A DNA stretch of 61,161 nt, the filler included, from Hausera hauseri (taxonomy: Eukaryota): NCBI GenBank assembly GCA_046269625.1. It is 12 parts of 12 records of this genome, joined end to end, with 100 filler letters (N's around TTAATTAATTAA, not from the genome) between each part and the next. Parts side by side here need not be neighbours in the genome. Positions count along the whole stretch, not along the records: positions 9,057 to 13,484 come from JBJURY010587222.1; positions 13,585 to 18,420 come from JBJURY010419143.1; positions 18,521 to 24,130 come from JBJURY010221186.1; 9 more parts are not named here. One strand, given 5' to 3'. Shown here piece by piece: positions 10,500 to 22,568 of this stretch. Every line of letters starts with the position of its first letter. Positions within the stretch are counted from its first letter, which is position 1. A program made the position numbers and the translations under genes. Under the pieces are notes generated by a model. That model ran no database searches. It saw only the letters and a list, made by a program, of their open reading frames with translations, and was not told where the DNA came from.

Positions 10500-13484
10500 T
10501 TAGAAACGGCTCTTTTCAGGCATAGTTCTGATTGGCACTGAAGAGGAGCACAAATATAGAATCATGTCTGACAATGAACAATTGAATGTACGCTTATTTT
10601 GGTAATGAGCATAATGGGATAATCGTAGGGGTTTTGGAAACAGATTCAGCAATAATATGAACAGTAATGGAAATATCAATGTGAAATGTATCAAGTATAA
10701 CAAAACAGGGAACTTTGCCTGATTTTACCCATAGAAGATATGTTTTCAATGTGGTGGCGGCCAATATGAATTTATCCACAAAAAGGAAACCTTCGTTACT
10801 TCAACGGAATAGTTGATAACTATTCATCAATAATGAAATTAATGAAATTAACATTGTGCATGGTGTTTAAAGCTTAGAAAATAAGGAGAATAATTTGTGT
10901 GCAATGAAGATGGAGCAGAGTACGAAAAGGGAAGTGAAAATACGTAGTGGAACAAAAATTCGGTAGACATGTTAAAAAAGAAATTGGCACAAAAACGTTG
11001 GTTGATCAATACGTAGATTGTATCAATGGATCCAAAGAAAAACCAAAAAATGATACGACGATCGTATGAGCCTACACTGATTTCTGCAACTCATCAAGAA
11101 AAAGCAAAGAATAAACCGATCGTTTCTTGCAAAGTTAAAGTCCAGATTGTAAATGTCATGTTCGACACTGGATCTGAAATAAATGTCATTCGTAATGAAT
11201 TTCTGAAGAAACAGACGCGTGACCGTGAACATTCAAATGTTCCCATAAAATGATGTTACTAGGTGCGTTAAGGGAACTAAAGAAAAGGTATTAGGAAAAG
11301 TCAAATTATATTTAGATGTAGATTCAGTAAAGTCGAGACATGTTTTTAGCGTACTACACGATATTTTTTCTAATTTTGTAGGAAAAAGGAGTATGAAACA
11401 ATTATATCTCAGTGATTCCTAATCGAAATTGCACATGACCGACAGTGTAGAAATTCCTTTATTATCTAAGGTTAAGTCATCGTCTTCATAAAACTAACGT
11501 CATCCGCATTAGTGAGCCGCAGTGTGGATTCTCAGGGAGGTCGGGCTCAGCGGACGCAGTTATAGTTTAACGTGATTTCATCAGAGGATCTTTGCTTGGA
11601 TGGAGATGAATATCTAATTAGAGGAGTAGCATTTCAGGAAGACCTAAGTGATTCATTTTTATTTACGGGTAATAAAAGTAATTTTGGCAAACCGCGATCT
11701 TCTAGTCGGAAATAGTTTAGTAACTGTGAAAGAAGGTTTAATGTTGATTAAAATTTGTATGGATGAAGGCCGATCGCAAAGCATTCATACGGGAATGCGG
11801 CTGGGCAAAATTGAAGAAATTATTGAAGTAGACAGTCAGGAAGGGAAACATCTAAACCAGATAGAAGGGAGTAGCCCAGATAACATACCGAGTATTTTGT
11901 GTAAAATTACGAGAAACTTCAACCAGCTCGAGGAGAAATAGGTAATGGCCGTGAAAAATATATTACGGAAAATATTTCGATTTTCAGTACTAACCGCCTT
12001 GATGTAGGCGTGACTAACTTAGTGAAAGGTGTTATAAATACAGACGAAGCGCAACGAATAGCTTTCAAATCTAGGAGAATTCCACAAGGCCTAGAAGAAA
12101 AAGTGAAAGGCATGATTGATGAATCAAAAAAGCTGGGATTGTGCGTCCCAGTACTTCACCATGGAACTTCCCTATCGTTGTAATGAAATAAAAGTATGTG
12201 GGTATTAGGATGTTTGTTGATTACAGAGAATTGATCTCAAATACTGTTGGTCAGGTAACGTGTTTTTCTACATTAGACCTAAGCAGCGGATATCATCAGG
12301 TACCTATTAGAGAAGACATGGAGAAGGCTGGATTTAGCACAAAATTTGGCCAATTTGAGCTTACTAGAATGACATTTGGATTATTCCCAGCATCTAAACA
12401 TTCCAGAGGCTAATGAACGTAGTATTGCAGAACGATAATGGGATGAGTTGTGTCATATACTTGAACGATATCCCCATTTTCGGATGGACAGTAGAAAAAC
12501 ATAATGAAAGACTGGATAAAGTCTTGAGCCGAATAATGCAAGCCGGATTAAAATTAGCACTTCATATATGTCAATTTTTTCAGTATTTGGGACACATAAC
12601 AAGTAAAGACGACATAAGAACGGATCCTGGGAAAATTTCATGCATTCAGAAATGCAAACTTCCTGGATGCATGAAGGAAATGCAGAAGTTTCTCGGTTTA
12701 TAGGAAGTTCATAAAAATTATGCTGAAACGACAGAACCGTTATATGGCATGCTTAGGAAGAATGAGATTACTTGGAACGAAGAAAGGTCAGCATCATTTG
12801 AGACATTATAAACGCAAATGGTGACATAGCCGATTCTGAAACCACCGACAACTAATGGGAAGTACATACTAGACATCGACGCATCTTTTCGTAGTATAGG
12901 CAATATTTTATCACAATTGCAAGAAGGAGAAGAACGCGTATGTTTCGAAGCAGTTAACAAAAACACAAAGAAAATACTGTATAATAAGAAAAGAGTTACT
13001 GTCAGTCGATAAATTTGTTCTGGAATTCAAACACTATTTGCTAGGTCGCAGTATTAAAATTCTTTGAAGCGCACAAATTCTTATGGATTCTGATGATGGA
13101 AAAAACCAAATGTAAACATAACGGTAAGTGAGAAAGTCCCATGGAGTGTTATGAAAATATTGATGGTGACATTCAAATTATAATACAACTTCTGAAATCA
13201 GAGAATAATAAACCATGCTTGGAGACGGTGAGAAAGGATATTAAAGAACTGAATATGCCATGGAACTAAAACAATATCTTAAAGTACACAATTATGTACT
13301 GTACATGTGTAACAAGAACAAATTCCACAGTAATTCTGATGATTCAACGAAGTTCATTAATTAAGGAATTCCATAGACTTTCCGGATATGTAAGTATGGA
13401 ACGGATGATTATGGGAATGGCAGAGGACTATTTCTGGCCTGGGAAGACTAATCAAATAAAAAAGCAATTACGACCTCTCAGTTC
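10500..13484 (+). mobile_element. Degenerate Ty3/Gypsy element of a second family (gag knuckle, PR, RT, RNase H, start of IN)
   Basis: FDTGSEINVI protease, GIRMFVDYREL, FSTLDLSSGYHQ, YLNDIPIFG, YLGHI, LDIDAS RNase H, YFWPG integrase zinc-binding region. Confidence 0.9.
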
Positions 13485-13584
13485 NNNNNNNNNNNNNNNN
13501 NNNNNNNNNNNNNNNNNNNNNNNNNNNNTTAATTAATTAANNNNNNNNNNNNNNNNNNNNNNNNNNNNNNNNNNNNNNNNNNNN

Positions 13585-15960
13585 TACCATCTTTTTTGGA
13601 ACCACATGTAGTGGTGAAGACCAAGGGGATTTGGAACTTCTGATTATTCCTGATTTTTCCAGTTCGATAAACTCAGCCTCCACTGCCTTTCTGCGGCGAG
13701 GCGATAGCAGGCGGACCTTTTGATGTATTGGTCTTTGATGTGCTGTTACTATGTGATGGAAGGTGGATTTTGGTAGTACGAATGATCTGTCCTTTTGCAA
13801 CAGACGTGTGCAGGAAGACGAAATATATTGCTGTAAGTCAGAGGGCAATGATGAAAAGTTTTCAGGCGGTGTCGATGCATCGTGACTGGATGCAGTTAAG
13901 GTATGAGTTGTAAACAAGGTGTGGTGAAAAGGTGGTATTGAATGCAGGAAGTTCGTGTTGAAGATGGTGTTGGCAGCGGTACTAAAAGTAATAGGTGCCA
14001 CGCAGTTGGCAATATCGTATTTGTTGCCCTAATAAAAATTTCTGTATAATAAATGATTATAGAAATAATTTAAATAGGAAATCGTTTTCTTTAGTATTGA
14101 CCTGCTAAAAGAGATCGTCCGGATGGACACCGAAATGCTGCTAATTTGATTAAAATTATTTCCGCCCTTTAAGGAACATCGTTTGCAGTCTACAAGTAAA
14201 TTATAGTGGGACAGAAAGTCTGAACCCAATATACGTGTGCGTACATTGGTTACCGTAAATTTCAATGTGAATGTGTTTGGAAAATTTGGAAGAGTGAAGG
14301 TTAATTTAGTAACACCAAAAGTTTGTGAAGGTTCACAGGACCCAGGAAACAGTTGCTTTTTTGAAGTTAAATTGTTTTGGATGTGTTATGTTGGTGGTAG
14401 TAAAGAGATTGCTGCGCTGGCGTCTATTAGAAAGTTAATTTTTTGCTTTGTTGGAGTGACGACTGCCGCTTCCAACGTGAATACAGAAAAAGAAATGTGT
14501 CGGCTATCGTTTTGGAGGTTGTTGCCTTTGCTAGAACTAGCGGCGAAATCAGTGTTTTTTAGCTGGTGTGTTTGGCCTACTATTTTGTGTGAGTTTAATA
14601 GTGTTGATTTTATTGTGTGTGTTGTATTTACAGCCAGCTAGACAATTTTTTGCTTTTGTTCCAAATTTTGAGTGATAGATGCAAAGGATGTTGCTTGTAT
14701 TAAAATCGGGGGAGTAAAATTTACAACCGATGCAGCATTTCTGAGCATTATTATTGAATTTGTTATGGTAGTAGCAAATAGACAACCGCGCGGGCGAAGG
14801 TGACAGTCTTTGTCGTTGATTAAATACATTAGGGGAAGCAGCCCTAGAAAAACCCCGTCGAGGCAGCGTTAACTCATTTAATTTCTCGTTTATGTTGTTA
14901 ATTGTTTTTTGCAACATTTCATTTTCTGTGCGTAATTGCGCAATTTGTTACTGCAGCATGGCATTTTGTTGTTGTTTGTTTGTTGTTAATGCTGCAGAGA
15001 CAGTTAGTGTTGTATGCGAATGCAGCACTTCATAGGTTTTGTCCACCAGTTCGATTAGCTTTTCCAACACCGTTGAGTCCTCGACCGCAGTTAGCAAAGC
15101 TCTTATTTGAAGGGGCAATGCATTTAAAAAGTAACAACAAAGAATTTCTGGACTATGCTCAGATGCTACGCCAAGGGTATTGAGATGAAACAAAGATGTG
15201 CGCCAGAATTTAGAAGGCTTCTGTAGGCCCATGGTGTTGTTGTTAAAGAATTTTTGAATGATAGAGTCGATTGACGGCTCAGTGAGCTTAATAATAGCAT
15301 TATAAAGTTGAGCATACGGATCGGTGTGCTGATAGATGTCGATGATGTTTGTGATTTTTGTTTTGATGGAAGCAGGTAAATGCAAAATTAGGCTGCTGGC
15401 TTTGGATAAGGTGTCGACGACGTTTTGTAATTGGGGCAAAAACTGATGAAGTTTTAGCCATGCTTGGGCAGAATTTTGGCTATCGAGGAAGTATTCTGTG
15501 CAGGATAAAGGCGTGGGAGTGTATGATGTATCAAAGTATTTGAGGCACTTTATTTGGGTAAGTAAGTGATAGAGATCGGTGGTATGGTAGGTTTCTCCGT
15601 GGTGTCAATAGTGGGTGGTGAATCCATGCCACCACGGATGAGGAAATGAATGTGAAGAGAGATATTAGATAACAAAGATTTCAGAGTTCCAAAGAGGGGT
15701 ACCGTGAAGCCTTAATGTGTGAGGTAAAAGTCAGGTGAGCGAAGGAAAGTGGAGATGAAGTTATAGATTGCTGCCGTGTTTAAATGTGTTGCCGCATTTA
15801 TGCAAATGTGTGTTCGTTAAAAAAGAAAATAAGATGTCATGTGGCCAGGGGCGTGTCGTGGGGCGGCAACGAACGGTGCTGTCTAACCCAATGGTATAGG
15901 GTGAACAGCAGGGACTTCAACCTCACCATGACGGGCCTCAAACTGCGGGGTAATCTATCT
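13585..15960 (-). mobile_element. Degenerate Gypsy (CsRn1-like) copy, gag-PR-RT start
   Basis: Gag ORFs 14948-15439 and 14549-14917 with two intact CHCC motifs, ILGSDFL protease end, and RT start SKSPWSSPLHVVPKK. Confidence 0.93.
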
Positions 15961-16077
15961 CTTACCTGTCTTACTGTGAAGCGTGTTCAAAATTGGAAGT
16001 AAATGTTTCTGAATCATTTCTTGCGCTAAAACTTTTGATGAATTTTGTACACTGTGGAGACAAATCATCTTATGCCG

Positions 16078-18209
16078 TTAATTGTAAATTTGTGACATAC
16101 AAACTAAAATTCTTAAGTTATTGGCGGAATTTATAAAAGAATTGTAATTAGGATAACTTATATGCAGCGATATTGCGGCGGTTCCGTTGTAAATGCCCAA
16201 GGGTCGGATGGCTGATTTTTCAGCATCATCATTGTACTGATCTTGAGACTCCTCTTCTTCGTCGTCATCAGTTATTTTTGAATCCATAAAAGACTCAGCA
16301 ACTCGTCGAGCAATAAGGTCCTTAAAATTAAAATATTTCTTTTCACTAGCCAATTCCCGTTCCCGAATACTAAGAACGAGCGTTTCAACAACTTTCTGTG
16401 AATCGCTTTTCGCGATACCCTTTTCAAAATACATTGCAAGGTCTTCCTCCCAACGACTCTGGACTACGGTTTTAATGCCCGTTTTGCCTTCCGCGAATAT
16501 GACATTCAATCCCTCTGAAATGGAATTATCAAATTTTTTGTCGTTAATGCACGTTAATTCCGAACAGAAAGATGGTAGACTTTCTTTGTTAAGCTTCCGA
16601 CAAACGTTTTCGTCAATTTCAACTGAATATAATTTTGGAAATTGTTCCAAAAGCGGAACAGTCAGAAATCGATTTCGTCTGTTATTAAGTTTCATGAGAT
16701 TTGGTAGTAAGAAACATCGGGGCAAGTAGGAAATGGAATTGTTGTACAGATTGAGTTCGACAAGATTGTAGCAGTAATTGATGTCAATCGGCACGATGCT
16801 TGTAAAGGAACAGTTGATGAAATCCAGTATTCGAACTTTCTGTAATTCATCGGTGCCCGTGTGAATGTAGATTTCGCTTTCGTTTAGTACGTTGCCTTCG
16901 GCTTCACAATTGACATTCATGTTGCACAGTACTTCATGATTCTTAAACTCTTCGGATTTGTATATATCGCAATCGTCATCATCACTATCTGGCTTCACAG
17001 ACATTTCTTCAATAACAGGAACGTGAGTGCTACTGAGCATCGAATAAGCCGGTCCGTCTTCTAGAAAATCACTCAGAACTCGAACTGCCGAAGCTAGGTC
17101 AAGTTCGGAAATATCTTCCTGATTGTATAGCCACACATTCGTTGTGTTATAATCATTTTTGTCGCCTACCGTACTGTGACGTAAAGAGTAACCAGATACT
17201 CTGACAACCTTCTTAGCTAGGTCTGTCAATACTTTTCGGTGTGTAAGCAGGCCTATGTTGCCTTTAACAAGATGGTAGGCCGCCTGCTTGACAGCAACGT
17301 CATACGGTGAAAGTGGCTGGTGAGAAACATGAAACGACCATTAACTGCCGATGTTTCTCGCATATATTAATGGGCCTCTTCCACGTCACTAGGACTACCT
17401 TTGAGCATTGCTTTCAATTTTGGTAGTTCTTCTGGGATTTGCACTTCAACTGCGTTACACTCGGACTTTGGCTTGATGGGATATTGATAAAGTTCTTCCT
17501 GTTGTCGTTCAGCTGCCGTTCTGATTGCGTTTTCTTCGTTTTTATTCAACTGTAAATCACGTTTACCAAAGCTTGCAAATCCCCCTTAACCAAAAAGGCT
17601 AGCAGGAGATATACCCGTAAACATAAAATCTAATGTATTCATAAGCGGTGGAAACGGACGAGAAGGTGTAGATCCAATATTTGATGGAGATTCGTCAACA
17701 TTATTTGCAACAACGCTGTAATTTCGGCTTTCAGGATCAACTTTATCTCGATTATCTGTGTGTCTTTCCGATTTCGTAAACAATCTGAAACGTTCTATCA
17801 TGGTTGTTGCACATTCGAATAACTTTTTTTTTATGGAAAAGCAATGCTGAAACGTGACGACAGACTTGAGCTGCTGCTTGATTTGTGGCCATTTCAAAAT
17901 GTGTAAGATGTCGGACGGTTGGTCTAGCTTGGACATAATTCATGCTATGCTTACGCAATAGCAAAAGGTCGTTTTTACGCTCCTCACACGACTTTTGTAT
18001 CTTTCAACAAGACCAACCAGATCCTGGTAGGCACTCAATGGACCAAGTTTCTCAGAATATGGCTGGACTGCCAGCAATTCTGAAGCACTTTCTAAAGCAG
18101 CAGAGACTTTCCTTGCTTCCTCTCTTATCGCAGCATATTCGGTTTTATTCATTTCCGGCAAAATGACATGAATTTTGGGTAAAAAGCTATTGCTTGCATC
18201 CATATTCAC
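16078..18209 (-). pseudogene. Intronless leucine-rich-repeat protein gene, disrupted
   Basis: ORFs 17940-18209, 17586-17936 and 17367-17549 share one frame separated by single stops. One frameshift leads into the 383-aa ORF with LRRs (LVELNLYNNSISYLP, LMKLNNRRNRFLTVP, LYSVEIDEN). Confidence 0.65.
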
Positions 18210-18308
18210 AGCATTTTTTCTAATAAAAAATTTCTATCGAGTGGCAATTTCACTTTTGGACAGGCAATCAAACATTTTTTACATGAATCAAAATTCTCGT
18301 GCAATGGG

Positions 18309-18420
18309 AGTAGGGGGAAAATACCGCTTCTGGCTCAGCCCCCCCGAGGGGGGGGAAGATCGATAAATCGATTTTGCACATGTGCCGATCGATAGTGCAC
18401 CAGGAGCACTATCGATCATA
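18309..18420 (+). repeat. Polinton terminal region, copy 2 (cut by contig end)
   Basis: AGTAGGGGGAAAT...CTCAGCCCCCC...TCGATAAATCGAT...CACATGTG, same layout as the other copies. Confidence 0.72.
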
Positions 18421-18520
18421 NNNNNNNNNNNNNNNNNNNNNNNNNNNNNNNNNNNNNNNNNNNNTTAATTAATTAANNNNNNNNNNNNNNNNNNNNNNNN
18501 NNNNNNNNNNNNNNNNNNNN

Positions 18521-18823
18521 TGCCCGAGCCCCTTTCTTCCGCCCGACATCCCATCGACTTCGGTCCTTCACCGTTCGATGCGCCTTCCGTGTCCCATTAT
18601 TTCTATGTGCCACACATTACCGTGCACAACTTCCTTCTTACATCCGCTTTTTTCGTGCACTTCCCCTGCTTCCGGGGTGCACCGTGCACTGTGCACGGCG
18701 TGTTTTTTGACATCTACGTCGTCTAATCTATCCATCCGTGCGGGTGTGCGCATCAAGCAAGCTTCGGATTGGCTGAATGAGGGGGCCCGGGGGGTGAGTC
18801 AGGACCGGCATTTTTCTACTACT
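18521..18823 (-). repeat. Terminus of a related, more GC-rich Polinton (ends ...CTACTACT)
   Basis: Reverse complement reads AGTAGTAGAAAAATGCCGGTCCTGACTCACCCCCCGGG: a canonical AGTAGT Polinton end that resembles the first 40 nt of the other termini. Confidence 0.7.
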
Positions 18824-18894
18824 GCAAATAAACAAAATTTAGTAAAGTGACACGGTTATACAGAACCTACATGGATATACGATTCGCAGTTAGA

Positions 18895-19540
18895 ATGATC
18901 ATTTGTTGTTTTACCTAGTGACAGCTGTCCAAAAACTGAACTGGATAATAAGGCGGGCAGGGTTATTGTAGGTTATTAAAATTCATTACATTTTGATGGA
19001 AACTGGAAAGTTGCTTTAGCAGATTTTACATTAAAGTATCCTTACAAACCAAGTACTCTTATAAATTGAATGAAGATTAAATATCACAAGGAGAAAAATG
19101 TAACGGTTAAACTTTTATGAAATTGAGCATCTTGGTGATTGTGTAGCTTCAAAGATGGAACATGAACATGGAGTAGAATCTGTTATCATAAGAACGTTTC
19201 CAACTATTTCTATAATTGATAATAAACTTCTCATTTCACATAACAGTGATGTCGAGTTGAATCTTTGGGATGCAGTTGCAGTAAAATATCTTGATTTTGC
19301 GGGTCCAAAAGTCAAAGGAACAATGTCAATGAAGAAGTACAAATAATTGCCGAAAAAGAACTAGATCCGTCAATTAATATTATCTTTCTGAATTGAAATT
19401 TAAAACAGGACTTGTAGAAGAACTACAATTTGAAATTGTAGGTGATCATTACTTTCCAAACATTGACAGGTTGTGTGAACATCTCAAGAAAATATGGTCA
19501 GGTATCGAAAATGACATGTTCAAAATATCGAGCTGGTCGA
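18895..19540 (+). pseudogene. Polinton minor capsid (penton-like) pseudogene, N-terminal part
   Basis: FVVLPSDSCPKTELDNKAG...SLHFDGNWKVALADFTLKYP, parallel to YMVLTSNSC...WEVALTEFKFP at 38057. Confidence 0.72.
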
Positions 19541-19549
19541 ATATTTTTA

Positions 19550-20435
19550 GACCGCATAGGAAGATCAAGCAGCCCGTCAGCTGATGCTAAACAGCGTATG
19601 CAGAAAGTTTCAAAATTGATCAAGACTAACCCTTTCATTACTGTAAGGGAAATTTCCAGCAGTACTAATATTCCTATTGTTACGATTCACAAAATTATTC
19701 ATACTTTGGGATTTCGAAAAATAACAACACGATGGATTCCTAGGCGTTTAACTGCAGCACGGAAACAGGAAAGGGTGGCAGCTACTAAAGAAAATCTTCG
19801 TCTCCTTGAAAGTGGTGAGTTAGACATTAGAAATATCGTAACCCTTGATGAAAAACTATTCCGTTGCTTTGTTCTCCGAGGAAGGTCGGGTGTACAGGTT
19901 TGGCAGAGAGAAGGTCAACCTTGAATTGGTGTACCAAAAAGTATGGGTCGAAGTTCAGTTAGTTCCCGATTATACCGTTTTGCCATGTCAGTTAATGGTA
20001 TTGTTCATGAGTATGCTGTCACTCCACGTACAACCATAAATGCAAATACCCACATATCTGATTGCTTACAGCCGGCGCTTACGAATTTCAAAAGGAATAA
20101 ACATCAATGGCACACCTTCATCCTCCACAATAACTCACGACCTCACGTGTCCCAAGCGGTTAAGAATTTCTTGGAATCAAAGCATATCTCCATAATTCGA
20201 CAACTACCATAGAGTTTCGACATTTCCCCCTGTGATTACTACTTCTCGCAGCTAACCAAGACAATGGCAGGAAAGCTATTCAATTCACAGGAGGATCTTT
20301 CTGAAGTTATTCATGCTGCCCTTGAATCAATTCCAAAGGAAAAGTTTATCCCTGCCATGGAACAGTGGAAAGAGAGACTGCAGCTCGTAATACAATATGA
20401 AGGCGATTTTTTCGATGAAAAGTTATTACAATAGT
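19550..20435 (+). mobile_element. Mariner transposase pseudogene
   Basis: GFRKITTRWIPRRLT, IVTLDEK, HNNSRPH, degenerate YSPDLAP (*SFDISPCDY). Confidence 0.88.
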
Positions 20436-20439
20436 ACAA

Positions 20440-21600
20440 GTACGTGGTACGTTAGATAAGTCCCTGGACTCGTGTATAAATAGAATGATGATAATAAGGA
20501 CGCTGTTACTATAAATAGCGGTCACCTTAGTAGCTACAAATGTAGCGCTGTCGTGTTTGCGCTGCTGCTTAGGTGAGAGAGCATGGCAGTTTTCTCATTT
20601 TCATACAAGCGATGTCGTCAAACGTGGTATATCGCAGCGTCATCAAATTCCTTGTGCTGAAAGGCACTGAGAATAGGGAAATCATCCAACAGCTACAGGA
20701 GGTCTACCAGAACCAGTGCCCGTCACGTTTTAAGATTTGCTACTGGATTGAGGAGTTTAAACGTGGTCGACAGTCAGTTGTCTACCAGGATAGAGAGGGA
20801 AGACCGTCTGAAATTTCCGATCAAAATCGAGATTTGTGCCAGAAAATTATCCTCTCTGAACGACTCCACTTCAGTATGTTCACTACTCATGCAATCCTGA
20901 AGGATTTTTGCATCAGAAAACTCTCCTCGCATTTCGTTCCCGGATTCATTAGTGGAGAAATGGCTGCTCAACGCCTGGCGTGATGCAAATCCAACCGGAA
21001 GCTCTACGACAAGTATGGCGATGCTTTTCTTCAAAACATTGTCACCAAAGACAAGACTCCAGTTAGCCTCTATGTCCCTGAGAGTAAGAGGGACTCTGCT
21101 GAGTGGCGAATGTCATATGAATCAGCTCCACAGTGGGACATCTCACGGACGAGCTGCAATGCTTACTGTATTCTGGGGTATTCGCGGCATTATCAAGATC
21201 GATTTCCTGGACCGAGAAGCCACGATGAACTCACAGTACTACAGTGAGCTCATGCGTGATGTTCGGAAACGTTGGCGAAAGTCTCTAGGCATCCTTCTCT
21301 GGCTATTGCATGACAACGCTCCAATTCTCCTCGGCCAAAGCGGAAGAGTGTGGCTTCCACTTTGTGGCGCCCCCTTCATACAGCCCGGACCTGGCTCCCA
21401 GTCATTTTGTGCTAATCGACCACCTCAAGTGACATCTGAAAGGTCACCATTTTGAATCCGCAGAAGAACTGAATGAGGAAGTGGAACAAATCCTGACAAA
21501 ATTTGCTCCGAATTTCTTCGAAAATGCCTTTGTGGAGCTCCTTCAACGCTGGAAGAGATGCTGGAAGAGGGAAAAGGTTCATACATTGAGAAATGAGTGT
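20440..21600 (+). mobile_element. Second mariner element (5' end plus degenerate transposase)
   Basis: YRSVIKFLVLKG...WIEEFKRGRQS..REGRP, MLTVFWG, LLHDNAP, YSPDLAPS. No matching 3' TIR was found. Confidence 0.88.
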
Positions 21601-22568
21601 ATGTTGGGTTACGTAATGTTCAATCCTCACCAACTTTACTTGGTAAATGAAAATAAGTTATTACTTAATTAGTGAAGCAAACAATTAACCTTATTTCAAA
21701 TCGGTGCGTAGAAGTAATCGTACGTAATGCTACCTAACTGTCAGTCAGTAATGTGTATTATAAGTCTCGGTTTATTTAATTTTACTCACTAAGGTTTAAT
21801 ATCCTGTCTTTAATTGGGTGATTAAACGGGCGGTCGTTAGGTAGTGTTAGACCTAGACGACCAAATACCAATTTAGTTAGAATTTATTTAATTACTTTAT
21901 TTACTGAAACAAAAGAGCAACGCCAATGAATATTATGATAATATTTTGTACAACAAAATGCCAACAACCATGAAACTCTTTAACATGCACTCAAAATCAC
22001 TAAAACAATATACTTACTGGATAACATGGTTTCTTTAAGACAAGAAATAATCAACAAATTGTTCTGTTTCTATGTCGAATACAAGTTACTTATATAGCAG
22101 TAGATGAAAAAATATAAATGTCTATATTAAGACAATATGTCCTTTTTAGGACAAAACAACACAACTCTAGGGCAAAACAACACAACTAATCATTTCACAT
22201 AATGAAAGAAACAGAAAATCTTTTTCATTAGCTAAATATCGATTGCATACATAAAATCAGTGAGGGAGCAATTGGATAGCATTTCAGTCAGCGAGGGAGA
22301 AATTATTTCAATCATCATCAGTTGTTTCAGTCAATTTCAGTCATCACTTGTAAAAGTAGTTTTTACTATAAAAGTACTATCTAGTAATAAAATCCATTCC
22401 ATTGGCAATTGGTATTCACGTTAAATACTAATTCGGAATCTCTCTTATATACGTACATTAATTAAAAAATGGAAAATCAATAATAAAATTTATAATCTTC
22501 ACTGAAATATATATTTCTTTAGAAAGTTATCAATTGTTTTTATAAACACTGCCTTTGCCGAGAATTGG

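Noticed and set aside
16078-18209. Alternative genetic code suggested by in-frame stops here and at 37572 and 44656
   Set aside because: The stops are a mix of TGA, TAA and TAG and co-occur with frameshifts, as expected for pseudogene decay.
21700-22560. Possible solo LTR or other repeat in an AT-rich stretch
   Set aside because: No second copy, clear termini or TSD are visible in the window.
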